This document shows, one piece after another, positions 55,699 to 64,000 of a stretch of 64,000 bases of DNA. The notes under the pieces were generated by a model. The model was not told where the DNA came from. It did no database searches and saw nothing but the letters and a program-made list of their open reading frames with translations. The DNA is from the human T2T-CHM13v2.0 reference genome, Homo sapiens. The position numbers and the translations under genes are program-made. The stretch lies in the NCBI RefSeq assembly GCF_009914755.1, contig NC_060932.1. The stretch is one strand, 5' to 3'. Every line of letters begins with the position of its first letter. The first letter of the stretch is position 1.

Positions 55699-57563
55699 GT
55701 AAATGAAGAGCCATAGCAAAACCAGTTTTATAGAAGTAAAATCTCTTGTAAAACAAATGGAAATAAAAAGAGAGAGTTATCAGGGACCAAACAGTGAAAC
55801 ACTAATAAGTCTGGATGTTAATTTTTAGGTAATAAGATTCTAATAAAGGAGTCTAAGCCAAGTCAAACTAGAGGAAGATTCATCTGGTTTGAGTATGAAG
55901 ATAAGGACACAATCTTCATACTCAACAGAGTTGAAATTAAGGAAGAAGAATCACAAACAGGATCAAAGGTTAAAAGGCATCAAATCTGAAGTTAATATTA
56001 GAGACAAACTAAAGAAAGCTTGGTACCATTAAACAGTAAATTCCCAGCATAATGGGAGAGAAAGAAACATGAAGAAAAGGAAAACAGTCCCACACTAAGA
56101 AAATATAAAATCTAATTGGGCATGCAAAGCATACAAATACGAAGCAAATAGAAAAAGTGTCAAAGTCACACTAATGAAGTGTTGATTAGTGGAAACTCTT
56201 TATGATAGAGCAATCCAGGCAACAGAAATCCCCTTTTAAGTGACCGTACGCTGGATAAGGGATAACAGACAATGACTTGGCATTTTCATGATTCTCCCAA
56301 ATCTAGACAACCATATTTGATGCCCAAACGAACCTTTCTCACGTTTCTGTAAAACAGACTAAGTGCTCCACTTCTTAATTAGGAAATTCTCAGGGATCAA
56401 CACTGGATGTGCCCCCAACTTATCAAATGGTTCTGGTTTCAATAACTCTGTTTTTTGAGGTCATCCTCAAAACAATCCCTTGCACAGGATTCCTACCCTC
56501 TCCATCTAAGCTACCCAGCAGCTAATCAACTAATACAGTCTCTTATACAGGAGACAATTGAGGGTGGAATTTTGTGCCTAAAGCAATGGATGCAAAGCAT
56601 TAGATAAAAGCTACAAGGATTTGTAAAGTCATGCACACACTGGCGCATCAGACAGAGAGAAACCACACAAGGAAAAAACATTTCTTTCTATGCATGTGTA
56701 TCTAATATTTTTACACTTTAAAAAAACTAAAGTAATATTATAATCCAGGTATTTCCAGAAGTTTAAAAAATAAAAAGTAAAATTCTCTTTCTTGCCTTGC
56801 TGGCACTTCCAGTCATCAGAAATAGCCACGCAAATTTTCCTGTGTGTGTTCTTCCAAAAATGTTTATACACATAAACTATTCTGTAAGTATGTATATATC
56901 AATATATTAATTTTTACCACAACTGTGTAACCACGTGTAAAACTTGTTTTTTTCAGCATCTTCTTTTGAGCACATATAGCTTCCCAATAACAACATATAG
57001 AAGTGTACCCATGTTCCATAGAATGACTATGGAACACTCCATATTATGGATGTATCATAAGCTTTTTAACTGTTACCCATTTACATGGTTTCATTTTTGC
57101 TTTTACAAATAATACTGAAGAAATAGTCTTGAATTCTGTATACATTTGTCTTAAAACTTCTGAATCACAGGGTATGAACAATTTTTGTTGTTGTTGTTGC
57201 TGTTTGTGCTGAGATAGAGCCAAACTGTCATCAAAGGGTTTGTATAACTCTTTCCTTTATGCCTCAACAATATGTAAGTCTATTTCACCAAACTACAGTT
57301 AAATGGATGTTGTCATTTTAAAAAATGTTTGCTAACCCAATAAATTGGTTAATTACTACCTTTGCTATGAAATTAAGCATTTTTACAGTTACTGGACACT
57401 TGTATTACCTTTATCCAAAAGTCTATTCAAGACCTTACACATTTGTCTATTAATCCTATCTTTTATTTGTTGTAAGTGTTCTTTGCATATTAATAGATCA
57501 AATACGTTGCCAGTTTCACTTCTGTATTTTCGACCTTGTCCATGATTATTCCCCCTACAGATG

Positions 57564-57953
57564 TGTATTAGTCTCACACACATCCCTCACACTGCTGTAA
57601 AGAACTACATGAGACTGGGTAATTCATGAAGAAAAGAGGTTTAATTGACTCAAAGTTCCACAGGCTATACAAGAAGCATGGCTAGGGTGCCTCAGGAAAC
57701 GTACAATCAAGGCAGAAGGTGAGGGGGAAGTAAGCACGTCTTACCATGGTGGAGCAGGAGAGAGAGAGAGAGAGCTAAGGCCGAAGTGATACCCACTTTT
57801 AAACACGCAGATCTTGTCAGAAGACCATCATGAGAACAGGAGGTAGAAAGTCTGCCCCATGATTCAATCACATCCCAACAGGCCGTCCTTCAACATGTGA
57901 GGATTACCATTCATCATGAGATCTGGGCAGGGACACAGAGCCAAACCATATCA
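57564..57953 (-). mobile_element. MSTA-like MaLR solo LTR
   Basis: tgtattagtc...gagactgggtaatt...agccaaaccatatca; perfect 5-bp TSD agatg at 57559-57563 and 57954-57958. Confidence 0.93.
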
Positions 57954-59531
57954 AGATGTTTCTAATAATGGTCAAATTCACCAGTGTTTAATCATCGTTT
58001 GTAGGATTATGATGCATGGGAAGGCATAAGCACTCATATATATAGCAAATCTTACCAAAATTGGTTTCTATAATTGAGTGCTGTTATTTTTTTCAAATCC
58101 TTTTGAAAGCTCCAGTTTAGTTTGCAGTAGGAGACAAGCATATAGCAACAACAGCTTTTTGCCAAAAGAGCCAATTCTTCCCCTGGCAATTATTGAATAT
58201 TCCATCTTTTCCCCACTAATTAACCTGTGAAATCTGCTATTTATTTGAACTGATATCTGGACTATCTTGACTAGTTCTGGTTTTACTTCTCTGCTTATAC
58301 AAATCCCAAATTGATTAAATTATCATGACATTACAATATGCTGTAATATCTAGCATTCCTATTCCTTTTATTACCCTTCTTTTAAAAATATTCTTTGGTT
58401 AATTTCATATGTTTATTTTTCCACATGAACATTAGTAGCATCTTTTACTACTAATTAGTAAATGATGTGTTGTACATAGCATTAATAATTACTATTAGCA
58501 ACTTATTAGTTGTCATTTTTTACATTAATACTTGATATTTTCAAAAGTGTCACATGCATTTATAAGACAAGTTTTGAGAACATTTACATATTAACACTAT
58601 TGACATTATATACATATTACATATTAACACTTTATTTCTACATATGAACAAATGAGCCTTTTCATTGATTCAAATCTCATTCATATACTTTAATTTTAAA
58701 TTTTTCTCTTATAAGCTTTCACATTTATGTCCAGACAGGCTAAACATTTATGCCTAGACAGTCTAAATGTATTTGGTATTGTAAATGAAACTTTTCCATC
58801 CATTATACTTTACATCCTTTTATTACATACAGACTTCTAATTTTTATGATTTACCTTTTATAACCTGTCACTTTATTGAAATGTCTTACTAGTTTCATTT
58901 GTAGATCTATTTCTTGGACTTTACATGTTTAGTGGATCATATATAAATAATCCAATAGTTTCTATTAATTCTTAGTTTGTAATACTTATTTTTTTTCTTA
59001 TCTGATTATGAATTTAAAAATACGTGGCAATTTTAAATGTGGTGGTGATAGTACTCATCATTCTTGTTTCCCACTTTACTGGGAAATCTGTTTCACAACT
59101 AATCATGACTTTGTTTTGGAGTCTGTATCACAGGAAGGAAATGTTTCTCAACTTCTGTTATAGTCACCTTTTAAAAAATTCAGGATTTGGTGTTGAATTT
59201 TTTTATTAATTATACATATATTTAAAAAGTGTTTTTCTCCATTTACATATTAATATGGTAGACTGTATTGATGGATTACTACTGCTGATCTAAATCTGCA
59301 TTCCTTACATGAGCCCCTCTTCATTATATAATCAGGGTATATTATTTGTTAATGCACCATTCTTTTCTAATTAATATTTGTATTACTTTATAGGGATTCA
59401 TAATTGAGATTAGTTTGTCATTTTATGTCAAGTTTTAAAAGTTTTGTTATCATGCTCTGCTGATTTTGTAACAATATTTTAGAACTCTTTTGTTCTCAAA
59501 GTAGCACGCAGTTTGAATAGCATTAAAGTTG

Positions 59532-59991
59532 TGCTGTGGTTTAGATATGGTCTGTATTCACCAAAACTTATGTTGCAATATAATCCCCAATGTGATAATA
59601 TTGGGAAGTAGGGCCTAGTAGGAACTTTTTGGGTCATGGGAGGAGATCCCTCATGCATAGATTAATAACCTCCTTCAGGGTGAGAGGATTCTTCCTTCAA
59701 TCATTTACCCATGAAAGCTGCCTGTTAAAAATAACCTGGCTCTCTTGCTTCCTCTCTGACCAAAAGGTCTCCTTGTCTCCGTACATACCCAGTCCCCTTC
59801 TACTTTTTACCATGACTAGAATCAGCATGAGGCCCTCACCAGAAGCCAAGCAATTGCCAGCACCATGTTTCTTGAACTTCCCAGCCTGCAGGACTGTGAA
59901 CTACATAAACCTTTTTTTTGTTTGTTTATTTTTGTTTTAAGTTACCCAGCCTCAGGTATTCAGTTACAGCAACACAAAACGGATTAAGACA
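59532..59991 (+). mobile_element. MSTB-like MaLR solo LTR
   Basis: tgctgtggtttagatatgg...gaggccctcaccagaagc...ggattaagaca; flanks agttg/agttc. Confidence 0.9.
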
Positions 59992-62945
59992 AGTTCTCCA
60001 TACCTCAATGTTTGTAGAGAGTTCACTTCTGAAATCATTGGCCTAGCACTCTTTGGAGATTTGGTGTTTGAAAATATTACCCATTTCTTCCATTGCCATA
60101 GATCTCTTCTGAGATCAATTTTGGAGATTTGTATTTTCTTAGAAGTCACCCATTTCGTTCAGGTTTCATATTTATTTGAATAGGCTTGAACAAATCATTA
60201 TAAGTTTGTAAGTTCTTTAATTCACCCTACAGTTGTAGTTATTCTGCTGATCTCATTTCGAATTTATACAGTCTTATTTTCCAATGGGATTTACTAATAG
60301 TTTTTGTTTTCTCCTTACCCCTCCCCTCAAGGAAATAGGTTTGGATTTATTTATGAATTCTACTACTTTCTGTTTAATAATTCACTATTATTTTTATCTT
60401 GATTAATTTATTCCTTCTGTTTTCCATGCGTTAATTTTGCTGCTCTTTTAATAACTTAATTTAAAATTTTAATCAATTTCATTAAATTCTCTTGAAATTA
60501 GTAATATGGGTTTTAAACATATGGTTCTCAGTTATTTTTTTTAGGACAGTACACTCAGAAAGTGATTAAATTTTTATCAAACGCAGAGGTAGGTCTGAGG
60601 TTGCTCACTACCCTATGCCCTGCTTCTCGCTGAATGTCCTGAGGGCTAAAGGGAATAAATATCTTTACACACCTGTAATCCATTTGTTGCATAGGAATTG
60701 GAAAGCTCTGTTAATGAAATCAAGTGGATTTTGAATGCTATGCTGCATATATTTATATATTCAGTAAACAACCATTGAACAACTGTGCTAAGAGCTCAGA
60801 ACACAAAATGGGTAAGAAAGGGTTTTCAATACATTTGATTCATAAAATAAGAGTTTTTAGAAAGTACATAGGATTGATCAGGAGGTTTAAATTCTAGCCC
60901 CAGAGCTACGCATATGGTGTGTGTGACCCATCTCTAAACCTGATTCCACAGTGTTCACTCTATATCGAAGATATTTGAAAATTAAAAGAATGAATAGAAA
61001 TCATTATTAATATGTATTGTAAGAGGCTCTGCTACTAACATGAATACGTCTATGCTGTGTGGTGTGTGCTCGCTAAATAAATACTTAATGGAATATATTT
61101 ATTACTTTGCTAGAACAAAAAATAGGCCAACTGGCTGTATTAGTTGTTACGCAGTGACAGATACAGGTTATCCTCAGTTTCAGTGAAAGAATCATAAATG
61201 ATTACATTGTGAAAACGACTGCAAAAATAGAATGAAATTGGGTTTCAATTTTCTCCATTTCTACATTTTGAGGTTTGATGGTCTTACAGTAATTTTTAAC
61301 AAGAACCTGGTTAAAATTATTCATAATTGGAAAGGATTCGAAAAACAAATATGCAAAAAATAAAACACACACACACACTCATAATAGAGACCTAAAACAA
61401 ATATTTGGTAAAATCTTGATTTTTCTTGATGATGATGGAGATCATTCTGCAGAAACCACAGCAAAGAAGACAATGCCTTCTCCTTTCCCAGCTTACAGAT
61501 CCCAGGAGCCCAATGTTTTTAGAATTTCTTTTTATTTTCTGCTAATGAATCATGACATATAATTCATAAGCAACTTACAAATCAACTAAAATTCATGTTT
61601 CTAGATGTCACTCGAGCTGAGTTTTAAAATTTGAGAAGGAATGTTGGCCAATTGAGTACTTATTTCAAGTATAGCTGAGCATACAGGAAAAAATGTTTAT
61701 ACGAGAAATGATCACAGAATCATAAGACACAGAAAGGATCACAGAATGTTGAGAGTATAGTTATTTATTTGCAATGAGTCACAGAAGATTTAATTGCAAA
61801 TTTGAATAACATTACAGGATGTCTGTATCTTAAGCAGTTCTACTAGATAATCAAATAAGAAATACTGAAAGCAAATCTAAGTTGGTTAAACTTGATTCAG
61901 GAAAACAGAAATTATGGGCAAACTCCAAGCATTTCTCACCCATCATATATTTAAATACTCACAGAGTTCTGGGTAGTTAAATGAGTTAATATATGTGAGA
62001 CACTAAGGCTACATAGTTTTGTGAACATGTTAGCCATTATTATTATTGTTGCTGTTAAAATTACAGGTGACATTGCAGAAATAGATATGGTTACTCTCAT
62101 AACAGCATTATCATTTATATGCTAAAAAAGCAATAAGGCAATCTCTTTATGGGCAATTTTCTTTTATAAAATAATAGGAATATACATATATACAAATATA
62201 CATTAAACTTTTAATGTTACAGTCACTAAATCAAATAATTTTAAAAATAAAGGATTGCATGTGGCATTCTTTCTTCTCTTGAGGCCACAGGGACATTTTC
62301 ATTAGTTAATTATTCAGAGACATTTTATCATTTTTAAAAATCTATCGTGAGCTTAGAAATCTAGAGTGAATTCATAAAGCCAATGGCACGTTAGTGAGAA
62401 TATTAAATGGGGTTAAATTATGGCTTTGAATTACAGGAATGGATTCCTGTTATTTCTGTCTTTAGGGAGGGAGGTAGGAAGCAGGCCAGTCAGATGATCC
62501 TTGAGTTACCTCAGAACTCCACCATTGCATCAAAAAGACTCTTACAGTGTCAGTATTATCTGAAGATGATTAAAGAGATACATTCGGCTCTAGAGACTTT
62601 AGGAGAAATTGTAAGCTCATAAAATTATGTTCACAATGATCATCTGGTCGTTCCTATAAGATCCATGGATAGGCTGACCCAGCTGAATGCTGCATGAGAT
62701 TCATTACTTAAATTACATGGTTTCTAGCAAGATAGCCAGAGAGCCTTCAGTTACTTTTCATCACATAATTATTGTCCTCCAGCCCACAGGGCAAAGGGAT
62801 TAAGTTTCACCAAAGTGAAATCAAAGCAAAGCAGGTGTGCATATCACAATTCACATGATGCTCAAGTTTGCTGCCTCCTTCCTTCCTAGGGCAGAGTGGG
62901 CAGAGCAGTATGGCACTAGCGAGCACCTTCATACGAAAGTTTTTA

Positions 62946-63265
<320 letters not shown>

Positions 63266-63296
63266 TTAAAATAGCATAACCAACAATGAGTCCTGC

Positions 63297-63882
63297 TGAG
63301 GCAGGAGAATATGGTCTGGAGGCAGAGAACCTAAGGCCAATTCACGCTTATTTCATAAAGCTGGATCAGAAGGCAAACACCAGGGAAGCGGGGGCAGGGA
63401 ACCCAAGGGGAATTCACACTATTTTCATAAACATGACTCAAAAGGAAAACACCTGGTTCTGGTGGCAGGTAACCCAAGGCCAATTCGCGCTGATTTCCTA
63501 GGGCTGGCTCAATAGAAAAACCCCCATTTCCACGGCTGGGTAACAAAGGATCAGAGGCAACTCTCCCTACAACCCTCTCCCGCTTCCACTATATCTCAGA
63601 TGAAGAGGGAAAGTGCCTCGGATTGGCGATGGGCCAAGCGTGGACCATCCCTTCATTTGCATAGGGCACCCATCCACTCAGGCCTCTGATTGGCCAAGGA
63701 CCAATTCACTTGAGCCTCAAGCCACGGGCCAAATCCTTCACACATTTAGGGGGTAGCCAATAGGAATCTCAAAAGGAGTACTTACACCTCAGAAAACTTT
63801 GTAAATGGGAACTTGAGCCACTCACTCAGGGCCGCTCCCACCCTGTGGAATGTCTCCTCACTGAAATAAATCCCTACATTTC
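63297..63882 (+). mobile_element. MER51-like ERV1 LTR (3' end interrupted by an Alu)
   Basis: Starts tgaggcaggagaatatggtctggaggcagagaacctaaggcc; multiple CCAAT boxes; aataaa near 63865. Confidence 0.85.
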
Positions 63883-64000
63883 GGCCGGGTGTGGTGGTTC
63901 ACGCCTGTAATCGCAGCACTTTGGGAGGCCGAGGTGGGCGGATCACGAGGTCAAGAGATGGAGACCATCCTGGCCAACATGGTGAAACCCTGTCTCCACT
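63883..64000 (+). mobile_element. AluSc-like (cut by the window end)
   Basis: gatcacgaggtcaagagatggagaccatcctggccaacatgg. Confidence 0.9.

Larger units (their letters stand above)
56790..60500 (-). mobile_element. Highly decayed L1ME-like fragments hosting two MaLR LTRs
   Basis: Antisense ORF2 remnants (attcttgtttcccactttactgggaa, tcttgcatattaatagat, gaaatcattggcctagcac); approximate. Confidence 0.6.

Overview
AT-rich human-type genomic DNA. The species call rests on a near-consensus AluYb9, a human-specific subfamily, at 18327-18632. The window is intronic or intergenic in character and largely built from interspersed repeats: about 20 Alu elements or monomers, L1 fragments from old L1M to young L1PA, L2/MIR relics, and about 10 solo LTRs (THE1/MST/MLT MaLRs and ERV1 types resembling MER61, MER51 and the MER4 group). 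I cannot support any protein-coding gene, tRNA/rRNA, CRISPR array or CpG island. Most listed ORFs are Alu, L1 or microsatellite read-throughs; 12410-12781 is the L1 ORF2p C-terminus. I found no convincing new biological system. The best lead is inferred only: a possible minus-strand spliced transcript. It could start in an MSTA LTR that keeps a TATA-like box and splice donor (about 57.75 kb) and use well-formed candidate exons at 50.3, 49.7 and 9.3-9.7 kb. A separate TATA/CCAAT/CRE motif cluster lies at about 41 kb. Subfamily names come from recalled consensus sequences, and boundaries of old repeats are approximate.
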